IMG/VR virus record: IMGVR_UViG_2627853687_000001
Coordinates: 28,861 to 92,860 of that record
Reading direction: 5' to 3' (one strand)
Length of the DNA stretch: 64,000 nucleotides
Origin: a virus
Taxonomy: Duplodnaviria; Caudoviricetes
Shown: piece after piece, positions 17,122-28,035 of the stretch
How positions within the stretch are numbered: the stretch's first letter is position 1
Layout of the letters: each line of letters opens with the position of its first letter
Translations under genes and position numbers: made by a program
Notes under the pieces: model-generated
What the model was told of the DNA's origin: nothing
Database searches by the model: none
Seen by the model: the letters and a program-made list of their open reading frames with translations, nothing else

Positions 17122-17151
17122 ATTAGACGGCCCTTTCGGGCCGCTCCTGAA

Positions 17152-20100
17152 TTATGCGTTTACAATATCGCTGCGTAATGCATCGAGATCATGGGAAGAT
17201 GGGATAAGCCAGGCGGCTTGTGTGAACTCGTTTCCGGCTACCGGATCTTCTTCAAAGTTCCAGAATTTCGCGCCGTATTTCTCTTTGATGAGGTCACGCA
17301 CGGCTTTACGCTTGAGTACCGGCGTGTCGCTGGTATCCGTCAGCACGTAGGCACCACCAGCCGGGAAGTCGATTTTAAAGGTGCGGTTCCTCCACTTGCG
17401 TGAAGCCACCAGCTCCTGCTCGTTTTTCATGACCTGGAAGCCATCGGACTGCTTCTGTACCTGTGCGGTGCGCACGGTCGTTGCCGCTGCCGCTGCAAGT
17501 CTTTGAGCCTCATCACGGCGGGCCTTCACAGCATCAGGTGACAGCTTGCCGGTAATCATCCCTTTGTAGTCATCCCACGTTACGGCGTAATCCCGGTATC
17601 CGCCTTTCTCGATCTGCTCCAGCCACGCATAAACCTCATTTAACCGGCTCATAACGGCGGAGGATGAGGTAAATGTTTCGGCACTGATCGCTGCTTCATC
17701 GAGCGCGCCCAGTGAAACGCCGGCACGCAGATAAACTGCAGCAGGCGATTCGGTAATGGTGGCCGGTCGAGTAATGTCAGATTGCGCATCAAATTTCGAC
17801 TTCACCAGCAGCAATGCAATCCCTGCCTGGCTGTCACGCTCGCTCATCTGGCGGAACTGCTGCAGCGCGGCGGCGGCATACTGCTCTGTCAGTGACCTGA
17901 TTGCCTGCATCTTGCCGTCGGCCATCTCGTTACGCAGCTGGTCGAATATCACTTCATACTCATTACGGTTGGAGAAACCTTCCATGCCGTTACGGAACTG
18001 GCGAACACTGATCGAGTTGCTCCAGTAGTAACGGTCCTGCCCTGCGCCCAGGAAAGCGGCGTGTGCTTCTTCATCCGTTGCGCCGGTCATCGTCCGCTTT
18101 CTGGAGTCGTTTGCTTCAAACTCAGCCACCAGCCGCTTAAAGACTTTGACCACTTCCGCCATGCCCGCCTGCTTCCCGTAAGCCTGCAATGCCGTGTCGT
18201 AGTTGCGGCCAAACATCGCCTTGAAGAAGCCTTGCGCGCTGTAGATGTTGTTATCCACGCTGTACTGATAAAGCTCGCGCTTCAGCTGCTCGTCGCTGTG
18301 GTCCGGATACAGCCACGCTTCAGCCGGTCGCTCTTCGCTGGCGCTGATCGTGCCGCTGAGGTAAGCCAGTTTCAGCCTGCCGTCGCTGTCACGGTACAGC
18401 CATCCGTCTGTGCGCACATTCAGGACGCCCGCGTGAATGGCCGCGTAGAAGTCAGCACGGCTCAGCCCGTCCGCCAGGTCTATCGGATCGATGCCCTTCG
18501 CTGCTGTCTGGAGCGCTTTTGCCTGGTCACTGGTGATATCCACGCGGTCGCCCACCAGCGCAGACGGCATTTCAGCAAAGCCACCGACATTCGGACCGGT
18601 ATAGCAGCGCAGCGGCTTGTGGATCAGCTCAACCTCAACTGTATTTTTCTCCGGGAAGAATTTGCGAATCTGGAATACGCCCTTTTCTTCGCGGTCATCG
18701 TTGAGCCAGATTTCATAAGTCGCGCCAATTCGCAGCAGCTGGCCATCAGGCAGTTTCATGTACTGCTCCGGGGCGCGCAGCACGTCCGGATCGACTTCCA
18801 GTGCGCCGGACTTGATTGCGCGCTCTACTTCCCCGCGGGAGCGCTTGATGGTGCTGGCCGCACTTTTGGAGCGAGTCAGCGCCTTGCGTGCGCCGCCCAG
18901 CTCCTGCTCCAGCTTCTTCTGCTTCGCCAGGCCATCACGGAGTGCAGCACGCGCTACGCGACGGTCCTGACCGCGCCACTGATCCGCTGACCGTTTGCCA
19001 TACTTCTCAACTTCGAGGTTATAGGCGGCTTCAGCTTCGGTGACGTCCTCGCGATAGCCATCAATCTCGCCGTTGATCGCATCAAAGGCAGCAGACAGCT
19101 TGGTAATGTTGTCTTCAAGCACTTCAACGGGTGTAGCAGCCGCAACGCTTGCCTTCAGGTAGATGTCCAGCGCGGCAGCGGCTTCACGCTCGGCCTGCTG
19201 GCGGTCCGCTTCACGCTTCGCTTTCAGCTGTGCATCCACGCGGGCGCGGCGCTCTTCCGGGTTAGCGGCCAGCAGCAGGCTCTGCTCTTCTTTGGACTCA
19301 ACATCACCGTTTTTAATGCTGGAAACGTCAGATTTCATGACGTCGTTGATCCAGTTTTTCTTGCGCTGCAGCGTCTCCAGGCGGAACTCGTCAAATGACC
19401 CTTTGCCACAGTAGTAATGCACGCGCATGGTGTCGCGCTCGGAGCCCACGCGGGCGCCGCGTCCGTTACGCTGGTCGATACTGGCTGGCGTCCAGGGGAG
19501 TGTCAGATGGTGCGTATCAGCGGTGCCTTTGTGCAGGTTAATCCCCACTTCGGCCTTTTTGTTGCAGATGATGATTGGCGTACGGCCTTCGTTGTAGTCG
19601 GCGGCGATCCCTTCCATCCCGGCCAGCGAGGCGTCACTCATTGCGGCCTGATAATCCTCATAGCGCGCCAGTTCTTCGTAGTACTTATCCCATGCGCCGT
19701 CCTTAAAACTGCCGTCCGCTTTTTCCACCGGCTCAACCGGTTTCTTCACGGGTTTAACCTTCACGCCGGACGCTTTACTGACTGTCGTGGCATTGATAAT
19801 GCCTACCTGCTGCTCTGTCAGGCCCAGGGCGCTGGCGATAATGCGGCGCAGCTTGTTATGCTGGGACTTCTCATCCATGAAAATGATCTGCTTACCGTCC
19901 GGCAGGCCTGCCTTCAGGTTCTCAATCAGCGCGGCATACTTTGGCGGTACCGGGTGAGAGACATTTTGCATACTGATACCGGCAGCAGCGATTGCGTCCA
20001 GTACCTGCTGTTCCAGCGTGTCGCTCACCACTAGCTCCACGACGCCGCCGCGATCCTTCAGCGTGGTTTTGACTACCTTGCTGGTGCGCGTATCGGTAAG

Positions 20101-23100
20101 GCCGGTTTCCGCATCCTCAGTGGTCTCTTCATCATCACCGGCAAGAAGCTGGCCACCGGCCTCACCCGGCAGCGCACGCGCCACCTGTTTCGCCAGCTCT
20201 ACGTCCTCTTCACGGAAGCGGAACGTGATAGCGGAGCGGTACAGGTCCGGATCTATAACCACCTTATCCATGTCGCGGATAACAGAGAAAATGAAATCGT
20301 CTTCGTTTTGCACAATGGAAATATGGCCATCGCCATTGTCCTGTACGATTTCCTTTTGCCCAATACGGCTGGCGCGCACGCGGAGCTCTTCATAAAGCTC
20401 CTTCTGGTCCCGCGTCATTGGCACGCCAACGGTTTTCTCGTCGAGGCCTGGGATCTTCACGCTGTCTTTCACGTCAGCAGCAGATTTAAGCGTCGTCCAG
20501 CGATGGAAGATGCCGCGCAGACCATCAAGGTTTTTGAAGCCCACCAGCCCCTGCTTGTCTTCCAGTTCGCCTGAAATCTTCTGGACAGTAACGGTGTCGG
20601 TTTCACCGAATACGCGTACAAAGTCATCCGGCGTCAGTATCCCCATCGCCTTCCACTCATCCAGCGACACGACGTGTGACAGCATGTTAAAGGCGTCAAT
20701 CGGGGAGTTAACCAGCGGCGTTGCGGTCAGCATAACGACGCCGCGGCCGTTGTACTTTTTCATCATGTACTGGCTTTTTACGGCCATATCGCGGGCAATC
20801 TTTGAGACAGACGGATTAGGCAGGTAGGCCAGCTGGCCTGCTTCGCGTCCGGCGCTGTGCGAGTTGCGGTAGTTATGCCCTTCGTCTGCGATCACGCTGT
20901 CAAAGTGCATATCCTCAAAGTAAGGGATCTGGCTCTTTTTCTTCGTGCCGGTATCTGCTGCTTTATCGCGGAGTTTGTTACGGGACGTGGCGGCGCGGTG
21001 CGTGGACTTCATCAGATCCGTGCGGCCATTTTCAATCTGGTTGAAGACCGCCTGGTTGGAGTTTTCCTCAATCGTCTCCGGACGCATTGGGATATCGCCA
21101 AACTGCTCTTTAGTCATTATCACGGCGCGGTAGTTGGATACCGGGATCATGTTCATGCGCTCAAGCACAGTTGCGGCCGCGGACTCTTTCACCACGTTAC
21201 GCATCACCGGCTGGCCGTCTTTGTCCAGTTTCGGCTCATTGTTCTCATCGCGCTCTTGGGCCTGCATGATCTGGCCATCTTCGCCGCGCACTTCATCCAG
21301 CCCGACAAACAGCATGTTCTGGAAGGCTTCGGCACTGTAGAAACTCTGCGCTTCGTGATACCAGTTCTGGAGGACGGCTTTCGGCACGACGTAGACGGTT
21401 CGCTTACTGCGCCCTACCTCGTAGTTGTAGGCTTCCAGCGCCAGCGCCGTCGTGGTTTTACCCAGGCCTGTGCCAAAGCCCATGATGCCGCGGCCGTCTT
21501 CTGACAGGCGCCGGACTTCGGCATTCTGATAGCTAAGCGGGAGACGTTTGCCGCTGATCTGCTGCAGTTGCAGCGAAGAAGAAGAATGCTCAAACGGAAC
21601 GTAGCCGTTAAAGGCGTCGTTGTAATCACTGACAACGTTTTCAACGTCCGGATGCGTGCGAAGCCAGTCATTGAAATGCGACTCCAGCTCACTGATTCGC
21701 TTCAGGTACACATTGGCGTTTACCCCGCGTGGCTTCACGCCGTTGAGGTAATTTTCCAGCTGGTTGTAGAAGCCATCTTTGTAGCTGGCGCGCTTGAACT
21801 CGGTCACGCCGCCTTTACTGGTGACAGATCGAACCTGATAGCCAGAGAAAACGCCGTCCTTGCCCGCATAGTTGTCTTCTGCGGTCAGATAGCCATTGTC
21901 GTTTGCCAGATCCTGCGTGTATTTGAAGTCATCAAAACCCTGCTCGATCAGGAACTCTTTGATCAGGCGACGGTCCAGCCAGCGGGCATTGAGGTTTACC
22001 GTAATGTCTTCAACCGGCGTGTGCTTGCGCTTCTCGTTAATGGCTTCCAGCTGGCGGACATAGTTCGCCTTTACCGGGCCATCCGGCGCATCATCAATTA
22101 GCCCCGCCAGGCGGGAGACTTTGCCGCGCACGTTGCCGCTGGTGGCGCGTGCCAGCGGCATGATGTTGCCGTTGCCATCGAGGGCGATCTCCGGGAACGT
22201 CGCCAGGTGCGCCAGCAGCGCGTCGTCATCTTCCGGCAGTTGGCTGGTAAACGCGGCACGGAAAGCGGCCAGCGCAACCGGGACCATATCAACATCGCTG
22301 AAAAGGTGTGATACCACCTGCTCCGGGCTGGCGAAATCGACTGCCACGGCTTCGCTGCGGTCGATGGTGCCGTTCAGCAGCGCGGACAAATCGCCGTCAC
22401 GGCTCACGTTAGCCTGAAAACTCAGCCATCCTTTCGCGCTGGCGTCAGACAGCCCCGCCAGTTTCAGGCCTTTCGGCGTGCCGTACTGGCCCAATTCTTC
22501 GCTCACCAGACGGGCAGCGTCGGCAATGATGCCGCTGGCGTCGCCGCCCAGCATCTGCGTATTCAGCGCGTCATTGATACGCAAACCGATGATCGAGGCA
22601 CGCATAACGCGCCAGCGGTGGCCCGGTTTCTGCTGCATGGCGAAACGGATCGCAGCATGGGTGCGATCGTCAAACAGCTGTGGGTATTCGACGCTGGCGG
22701 CGTACAATTCGCGGCTATCGAGCGACAGCATGCCGTTAATGGTGCGCGTTTTTGTCTGAAGATCGCCAAACGTGGCCGCGCCGAAACGCTTCGCATCAAT
22801 CCCGCTCGATGCCGTGGTGGCGTCTTTGATAAACCGGGTGCCGTCATAGGTGTGCCAGACGCCAGCCATGAGGCGCTTATCACCTTCAACTGGCGACTGC
22901 CAGACGGCGGCAGGCGTACCCAGCCGATCCCAGTCAATGCGGCTGTCAAAGCGGCGTGACAGCGCGGCCTTCATTGCCTCATTGGTCAGCTGGCCATCTT
23001 TTTTAACCACCAGAATATTATTGAAGTCAGATCGCTCGGTTTCACCGTGAACAAAGCGACGGCCTTCAGTTTCAAACCACTTGCCCCGGATGAACGTTGG

Positions 23101-24021
23101 CCACAGGATGTTTGCCGCCTCAAGAGACTGATCATCGCTGTCATGCACCAGCTGAGTCAGCGCCTCGGTATGCTTGCGCAGTACCCACACATCCACCACC
23201 GTTGCGGTACCGCTTTCGGCAAACGTGCCGGACGGCATGCGGTGCGCGCCTAGGAACTCCGCCACGCGGGAGACGCGATCGCGCAACTTCTTGTTGTTGC
23301 CGCCGCCGTCGGTCATGCCGTTAGGAACCACCAGCACCACCAGCCCGCCGAATTTCACCTTGTCGATGGTGCGCATCACAAAGTAATGGCCAACGTTGGT
23401 TTCATCGCGGTAAGCCGGGTCGAGCTCGGCAAAGCCTGTGCGCGAGTCGCCAAACGGTACGTTACCTACGGCATGGTCATAGCTGTTATCCGGCACGGAT
23501 GCTGCCAGCTTCTCAAATGCGCCCAGGCGAACATCGTCCTCCGGGTGCAGCAGCTGGTTGATACGTCCGGACGTGTCAGAAATCTCTGCTGACGTCATCA
23601 TAGCGCCAGCCGGTTTTGTCTCCTGAAAAACGCCGGTACCGGCTGACGGCTCCAACATGTGACCGCTGGTTATGCCGTAATCGGAAAACAGATCCCAGAT
23701 GCCTTCCGCCATGAATGGCGGCGTGTAGTATTCGTACTGACTGCCGCCGCTTCCTTCCAGACCGCCCTCACCACTGTAGCCCGCCAGTATCCGGCGCTGT
23801 TCATCAGTCAGTTTGTTGCCGTTGAAGCCCTGCGGCAGAGAGTTAAGCAGTGCGATCGCATTGTCGTTTGCGCTCCGGCGCTCACGCTGCAGGCTCACGC
23901 CTTCACGCTTGGTCACGCCAAACGCGACTACGGTCCGCTGTTTGTGCAGGCGCATGACCAGCCGGATCAGTTCTTCAATCGATCCCGCCTCCTGCAGCGC
24001 CCTGTTTGCTGGATTTTCCAC
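17152..24021 (-). CDS. darB: DarB antirestriction protein (methyltransferase + SNF2 helicase)
   Basis: EYYTP/LEPSAGTG/GNVPFG MTase motifs; GTGLGKT, DEGH, TATP and QRNGRGARVG helicase motifs; 2289 aa. Confidence 0.95.
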   Translation of the reverse strand: MENPANRALQEAGSIEELIRLVMRLHKQRTVVAFGVTKREGVSLQRERRSANDNAIALLNSLPQGFNGNKLTDEQRRILAGYSGEGGLEGSGGSQYEYYTPPFMAEGIWDLFSDYGITSGHMLEPSAGTGVFQETKPAGAMMTSAEISDTSGRINQLLHPEDDVRLGAFEKLAASVPDNSYDHAVGNVPFGDSRTGFAELDPAYRDETNVGHYFVMRTIDKVKFGGLVVLVVPNGMTDGGGNNKKLRDRVSRVAEFLGAHRMPSGTFAESGTATVVDVWVLRKHTEALTQLVHDSDDQSLEAANILWPTFIRGKWFETEGRRFVHGETERSDFNNILVVKKDGQLTNEAMKAALSRRFDSRIDWDRLGTPAAVWQSPVEGDKRLMAGVWHTYDGTRFIKDATTASSGIDAKRFGAATFGDLQTKTRTINGMLSLDSRELYAASVEYPQLFDDRTHAAIRFAMQQKPGHRWRVMRASIIGLRINDALNTQMLGGDASGIIADAARLVSEELGQYGTPKGLKLAGLSDASAKGWLSFQANVSRDGDLSALLNGTIDRSEAVAVDFASPEQVVSHLFSDVDMVPVALAAFRAAFTSQLPEDDDALLAHLATFPEIALDGNGNIMPLARATSGNVRGKVSRLAGLIDDAPDGPVKANYVRQLEAINEKRKHTPVEDITVNLNARWLDRRLIKEFLIEQGFDDFKYTQDLANDNGYLTAEDNYAGKDGVFSGYQVRSVTSKGGVTEFKRASYKDGFYNQLENYLNGVKPRGVNANVYLKRISELESHFNDWLRTHPDVENVVSDYNDAFNGYVPFEHSSSSLQLQQISGKRLPLSYQNAEVRRLSEDGRGIMGFGTGLGKTTTALALEAYNYEVGRSKRTVYVVPKAVLQNWYHEAQSFYSAEAFQNMLFVGLDEVRGEDGQIMQAQERDENNEPKLDKDGQPVMRNVVKESAAATVLERMNMIPVSNYRAVIMTKEQFGDIPMRPETIEENSNQAVFNQIENGRTDLMKSTHRAATSRNKLRDKAADTGTKKKSQIPYFEDMHFDSVIADEGHNYRNSHSAGREAGQLAYLPNPSVSKIARDMAVKSQYMMKKYNGRGVVMLTATPLVNSPIDAFNMLSHVVSLDEWKAMGILTPDDFVRVFGETDTVTVQKISGELEDKQGLVGFKNLDGLRGIFHRWTTLKSAADVKDSVKIPGLDEKTVGVPMTRDQKELYEELRVRASRIGQKEIVQDNGDGHISIVQNEDDFIFSVIRDMDKVVIDPDLYRSAITFRFREEDVELAKQVARALPGEAGGQLLAGDDEETTEDAETGLTDTRTSKVVKTTLKDRGGVVELVVSDTLEQQVLDAIAAAGISMQNVSHPVPPKYAALIENLKAGLPDGKQIIFMDEKSQHNKLRRIIASALGLTEQQVGIINATTVSKASGVKVKPVKKPVEPVEKADGSFKDGAWDKYYEELARYEDYQAAMSDASLAGMEGIAADYNEGRTPIIICNKKAEVGINLHKGTADTHHLTLPWTPASIDQRNGRGARVGSERDTMRVHYYCGKGSFDEFRLETLQRKKNWINDVMKSDVSSIKNGDVESKEEQSLLLAANPEERRARVDAQLKAKREADRQQAEREAAAALDIYLKASVAAATPVEVLEDNITKLSAAFDAINGEIDGYREDVTEAEAAYNLEVEKYGKRSADQWRGQDRRVARAALRDGLAKQKKLEQELGGARKALTRSKSAASTIKRSRGEVERAIKSGALEVDPDVLRAPEQYMKLPDGQLLRIGATYEIWLNDDREEKGVFQIRKFFPEKNTVEVELIHKPLRCYTGPNVGGFAEMPSALVGDRVDITSDQAKALQTAAKGIDPIDLADGLSRADFYAAIHAGVLNVRTDGWLYRDSDGRLKLAYLSGTISASEERPAEAWLYPDHSDEQLKRELYQYSVDNNIYSAQGFFKAMFGRNYDTALQAYGKQAGMAEVVKVFKRLVAEFEANDSRKRTMTGATDEEAHAAFLGAGQDRYYWSNSISVRQFRNGMEGFSNRNEYEVIFDQLRNEMADGKMQAIRSLTEQYAAAALQQFRQMSERDSQAGIALLLVKSKFDAQSDITRPATITESPAAVYLRAGVSLGALDEAAISAETFTSSSAVMSRLNEVYAWLEQIEKGGYRDYAVTWDDYKGMITGKLSPDAVKARRDEAQRLAAAAATTVRTAQVQKQSDGFQVMKNEQELVASRKWRNRTFKIDFPAGGAYVLTDTSDTPVLKRKAVRDLIKEKYGAKFWNFEEDPVAGNEFTQAAWLIPSSHDLDALRSDIVNA

Positions 24022-24100
24022 TGTGTAACTTTCCCTCAGATTGCATAAAGCGAATATGCTTTATTATATTCTAAGGGTTTATTAAATATGGGGTATAACT

Positions 24101-25798
24101 TTGGCTACTAAAAAAAAGGCATCGTCTGTTTTAGGAGCACTTAGGCAGGCATTCCGGGGCGCGACGACAGAAGCACCGCAAAGCCTGGCATGGACTAACG
24201 GGCAAAACGTGGTTGTCTCTCGCTCCGGGCTGGCGGCGATGGCATACAACGAGGGAAAGGCGGGGGAAATGACCTCTGCCGGTGACAGTCTTTACCTGGG
24301 CGCGGAGTTGCCGCTGGACCGGCTGCAGCGCTATGCGATTCTGGAGGAAATGGCTAACAGCCCGACGTGCTCAGCCGCGCTGAATATCCACATTGGCCAC
24401 GCACTCGCGCCGGACAAAAAAACCGGCCTGGCGTTCTCTATCGTGCCGGTTGATCCGTCCGACGCAGAGGGCGCGGCACGGGCCAAAGAGCTACAGGACG
24501 ATCTTGGCGCAATGATTAATCGGCATCTGCCGTCGCTGGCTATGACCATGGCGATTTTCGGCGTCTCTTATGTCCGCCCCTATGCCCGAACCGGCAAGGG
24601 GATCACCAGTCTGGAAAACAGCTATTACTCGTTGCCCTACTTCATTCAGGAGTTTTATAAAGGTGATCAGCTGGTGGGCTTTGGCGGAGATTATGTGCTG
24701 TCACCTGACACCCATACCCGCACGCTGTCTACGCCGTGGTCCCTGGTCCCGATGAAAAATCCGTACTGGACGCCCACGCGCAACGTTCAGCCGGTGACGT
24801 CCGGGAATCGCGGTTACTCTTTGCTGTCGGAGGAAGAAGATAAGGAAGTTTCGGAGACGCAGAACTACGGCACCAGCTTCCTGGCGCATGCCTATGAACC
24901 CTTCCTGAATCTGGTCGGCGCGCTGAATGCCCTGAAGGCAACGCGCTACAACGCAGCCAAAATTGACCGCCTGATTGCCCTTACGACTAACTCACTCGAT
25001 CCGGTTGTGGGCGCGAACTACACCCGCACTGTGTCGCAGACGCTCAAGCGCCACGGCGAAGCGCTCCAGAAAAAAGCGGTGAACGGTAACACCATGCCTA
25101 CCGTGATGAACCATGTGATCCCGGTGATGGGTGATGGCAAGAACGGGATTACGATTGATACGCAGTCGATACCCGCCGACATTAGCGGCATTGAGGACGT
25201 CATGTTTCACCTGCGCCAGCTTTGTGCCGCGCTCGGTATCGACTCAACTATGCTGGGCTGGGCCGATCAGATGGCAGGCGGACTGGGTGAAGGCGGCTGG
25301 ATTCAGACGGCCATTCAGGCGGCACTCCGTGCGCAGTGGCTGCGACAGGGTGCGCAGGAGATGATTTACCGACTGATCGACATTCACCTGGCGTTCAAAT
25401 ACGGCAAGGTGTACCCGGTCAATGACCGCCCCTATGTTGTGCAGTTCAACTCAATGAATACCGCCATTCAGGAAGAAGAAAGCCGCGAAATGGACGCCCG
25501 CGCCAACTTCATTACTCTGATGGTGCAGGTTATGGACGCCTTGCAGGCCAACAATAAGCTGGCGGAGAACGACACGTTTATGCGCTACCTGTTCGGCGAT
25601 CAGCTTAAGATGGACGGCAGTACGCTCGACAAGATGCTGGCGGAGTTTGAGAAAAGCCGGAAGAAGGCGGATGCGCAGGAGGATGAAGGCGGCGGCGGCA
25701 TGATGAACGAATCCGCCCCAGATGGGACCGATCCGGCCAGCTGGACACACGCAGAGCTGGTGGCGTTTGCGCGCTATGTGACGGCACCCGGTAACTGA
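24101..25798 (+). CDS. prt: portal protein
   Basis: 565 aa, divergent from darB as in P1, portal-like helical protein; TTG start. Confidence 0.85.
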   Translation: MATKKKASSVLGALRQAFRGATTEAPQSLAWTNGQNVVVSRSGLAAMAYNEGKAGEMTSAGDSLYLGAELPLDRLQRYAILEEMANSPTCSAALNIHIGHALAPDKKTGLAFSIVPVDPSDAEGAARAKELQDDLGAMINRHLPSLAMTMAIFGVSYVRPYARTGKGITSLENSYYSLPYFIQEFYKGDQLVGFGGDYVLSPDTHTRTLSTPWSLVPMKNPYWTPTRNVQPVTSGNRGYSLLSEEEDKEVSETQNYGTSFLAHAYEPFLNLVGALNALKATRYNAAKIDRLIALTTNSLDPVVGANYTRTVSQTLKRHGEALQKKAVNGNTMPTVMNHVIPVMGDGKNGITIDTQSIPADISGIEDVMFHLRQLCAALGIDSTMLGWADQMAGGLGEGGWIQTAIQAALRAQWLRQGAQEMIYRLIDIHLAFKYGKVYPVNDRPYVVQFNSMNTAIQEEESREMDARANFITLMVQVMDALQANNKLAENDTFMRYLFGDQLKMDGSTLDKMLAEFEKSRKKADAQEDEGGGGMMNESAPDGTDPASWTHAELVAFARYVTAPGN

Positions 25799-25959
25799 CT
25801 GTAGGTAAAAAAAAGACCGCACACCACATCCAGGGGGGGTTGTGCGGTTGATAAACGCCTTATCAATGCGGATACATTCGGGATGAAAATAGAGAGGTAT
25901 TGATGTTGCCATTAACTTCGCTGGCAGAGAACGATGGATACCAGTGAAACTAATCCTTA

Positions 25960-26220
25960 TCAGCTTATTTTCTTTTCCGGCTTCGTGGCCTGTTTTGATA
26001 AAAGAAACACGTCTGATCTATTCGCCATTATATCGGGCTTATTGGCACAGAGAGGACATGCCCTGACACCCGTGTAATTTATCCTTGCTACGCTAAGCAC
26101 CTGATTTAACGTGTAGCAGCTGCTGATAAAAGCACGGTCCCATTCAGCGGGCAGCTGCGGACAGTCAAGCCGGTGCAACAGTAACCCGCTGTTAGCGTGG
26201 TCATTAACGTATAATTTCAT
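25960..26220 (-). CDS. small putative Zn-binding protein (H-x3-C...C-P-x-C)
   Basis: MKLYVND...LLHRLDC..LP...ACPLC; paralog of 26832-27311. Confidence 0.6.
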   Translation of the reverse strand: MKLYVNDHANSGLLLHRLDCPQLPAEWDRAFISSCYTLNQVLSVARINYTGVRACPLCANKPDIMANRSDVFLLSKQATKPEKKIS

Positions 26221-26831
26221 GGCCTTATACATGCCATATCCTATTGCTGTGTGTGACAAAATCACCATTTAAAATATGAGCCAGTTCCGACTGTCCTTAG
26301 CCTGAATTAGCAGCTTCCGAGTCTATGCGAAATTTATATAACTGCCTTTTTCACATTAGCTCATCTGCGTTAACAAAAGTTACCACTTTCCTTTTAATTT
26401 AAAAAACATTTTTTGACGGGCTATATATTTGCATTGACCTAGCGAAAGTTATTTCGCAATTGAATGAAAGTCATTAATAGTCGCTAAAGTGCTGATATTC
26501 GGCTTGCACTGATCAAATATGTCGCAATATCAGAAAATCCGTTCGGAATTGTTACGCGTAAAAAAAACCATACAAACCTGAGTAAATTCGACGTTTGTTT
26601 GTAGACAAAAAATCTTCAACAAAAAATATGACAATATAAACGATAAGTTTATCTAATTTACTGAATAATTTTTTCAGCGAAATACATATAACGGCAATAA
26701 TACATAAGCGTAATTATTAGGCATGATTACAAATGATTAATCTCAGGCACAAAAAACCGCACGCGGTTAAACCTGCATGCGGTTATATTCCGGCTGCGTT
26801 TAACGGCTTTGCGCTGCCGTATCAGATGCAA

Positions 26832-27311
26832 CTAATTAGGCCAGTCATAAACAAAGTGCTGCACGGCCACGGCTTTCAGACCACTTTTAATTTTAACGAC
26901 CTGCTGCGGTCCGGGCTGCTGCTCAGCAATGGCAAGTTTCATTATGGCTGCGGCAGGCTTAACGGCTGGCATCTTATCTGATTCACATTTTCGTGCCGCT
27001 ATCGCCGGCGCTTTCTTTACTGTGGGCGCAGGCCTCTTTGCCTGTTCGGCAACGGGCTTATTGCTGAGGTTTGCAAACTGCTCTTCACGGGCATCAGTCT
27101 TTTCGGGGTTTTGTTTTTGCAAACAGACCGGACAGCGCTCTGTATTTTTATGATGCACAACAGCTACGGTCATTGCCTGCTGAGACGTATACAGGGTGCC
27201 GATAAATATCCGGCTTTCAGGGGACTTCGGGAGCAGATGACAGCTTTCGCGGTGCAGCAGCGTGCCACTTTCATAATGAAATGCGACATAATATTTCTTT
27301 GCTTTTAACAT
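26832..27311 (-). CDS. putative Zn-binding protein with low-complexity tail
   Basis: KKYYVA...LLHRESCHLLP...RIFIGTLYT..QA..VA...CPVC. Confidence 0.65.
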   Translation of the reverse strand: MLKAKKYYVAFHYESGTLLHRESCHLLPKSPESRIFIGTLYTSQQAMTVAVVHHKNTERCPVCLQKQNPEKTDAREEQFANLSNKPVAEQAKRPAPTVKKAPAIAARKCESDKMPAVKPAAAIMKLAIAEQQPGPQQVVKIKSGLKAVAVQHFVYDWPN

Positions 27312-27537
27312 GCTAATTCCTTGAGCAGTATTAACCCTGCATAAACGGGTGAAAGATAATGATATTGATTCTTATTATTGTGTTTTATTTACAGGCATGA
27401 GCTAACTGTATATTCAGCCTGGTACTGAAATATACTTGCCCGAAAGAGACGCCCCGATACACAGCGCTAATTAAACTAAATTAACCGCAGGAACCTGAGT
27501 CAGCTCTAATTTGTTTTACTAAGGAAAATTAACCGCC

Positions 27538-27795
27538 TCAGTGTAGCAGAGAAATTACCTGCCAGTCTGAGGAAAGAATATCGTCAGGCGTGGGATCGTA
27601 AAAGAATAGCGCGCCGGATTCGCCCATGATGACAAATATCATCTGTCTGTCAGCGTCGTTTTGGGTAAATACGTGAACGGGAGTGCGGCCCCATTTTGCA
27701 CGACGGCAGATAGCACTTTCAGTCTGACTGATGGCAGTCATAGCGCGGTCAAAACGTAATGTCGCCGGGGATGGCGTGTCGGGGGTATCAGTCAT
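27538..27795 (-). CDS. stand-alone DUF2829/Tad2-like protein
   Basis: FDRAM...CRRAKWG...YDPTPDDILSSDWQVI; strong SD AAGGAG. Confidence 0.75.
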   Translation of the reverse strand: MTDTPDTPSPATLRFDRAMTAISQTESAICRRAKWGRTPVHVFTQNDADRQMIFVIMGESGALFFYDPTPDDILSSDWQVISLLH

Positions 27796-27928
27796 GAAAT
27801 GCTCCTTGTGCGAAAAGAAGCGTCACTACAGGAGGTTCCAATCTCCGGGTGGTGACGTTGACAGGGTTGGAACTACCGGTGCACAAGAAAACCGGCCTAC
27901 CCGAAGGTAGCCCCACCAACGCCACCAT
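27788..27928 (-). CDS. ash-family leader peptide / C4 target region
   Basis: MVALVGLPSGRPVFLCTGSSNPVNVTT is ash-type; its stop overlaps the next start (ATGACTGA). Confidence 0.65.
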   Translation of the reverse strand: MVALVGLPSGRPVFLCTGSSNPVNVTTRRLEPPVVTLLFAQGAFHD

Positions 27929-27958
27929 AGATACGCCCGGAATAATCCGGACGTGGTA

Positions 27959-28035
27959 GCGCCGAAGGCACTATGTGCCAGTTCTCATGCTTTTACAGGG
28001 TTCCAAGCCTGGCCGCTGAATCTCTTCTGCGGCGC
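27959..28035 (-). ncRNA. C4-type (P1 C4 / P4 CI) antisense RNA
   Basis: GCGCCG/CGGCGC closing stem; loop TTGGAAC complementary to downstream GTTCCAA (27867-27873); promoter TTGAAT-16-TATAGT at 28040-28067. Confidence 0.75.

Noticed and set aside
17191-24048. Many plus-strand ORFs inside darB (also inside sit, gp22, gp23 and pacAB)
   Set aside because: Antisense shadows typical of GC-rich coding DNA, with no motifs.
27501-27530. CAGCTCTAATTTG / TACTAAGGAAA as a C1 operator (also GGCTCTAATCATTT near 29530)
   Set aside because: Only partial matches in AT-rich DNA, so not counted.
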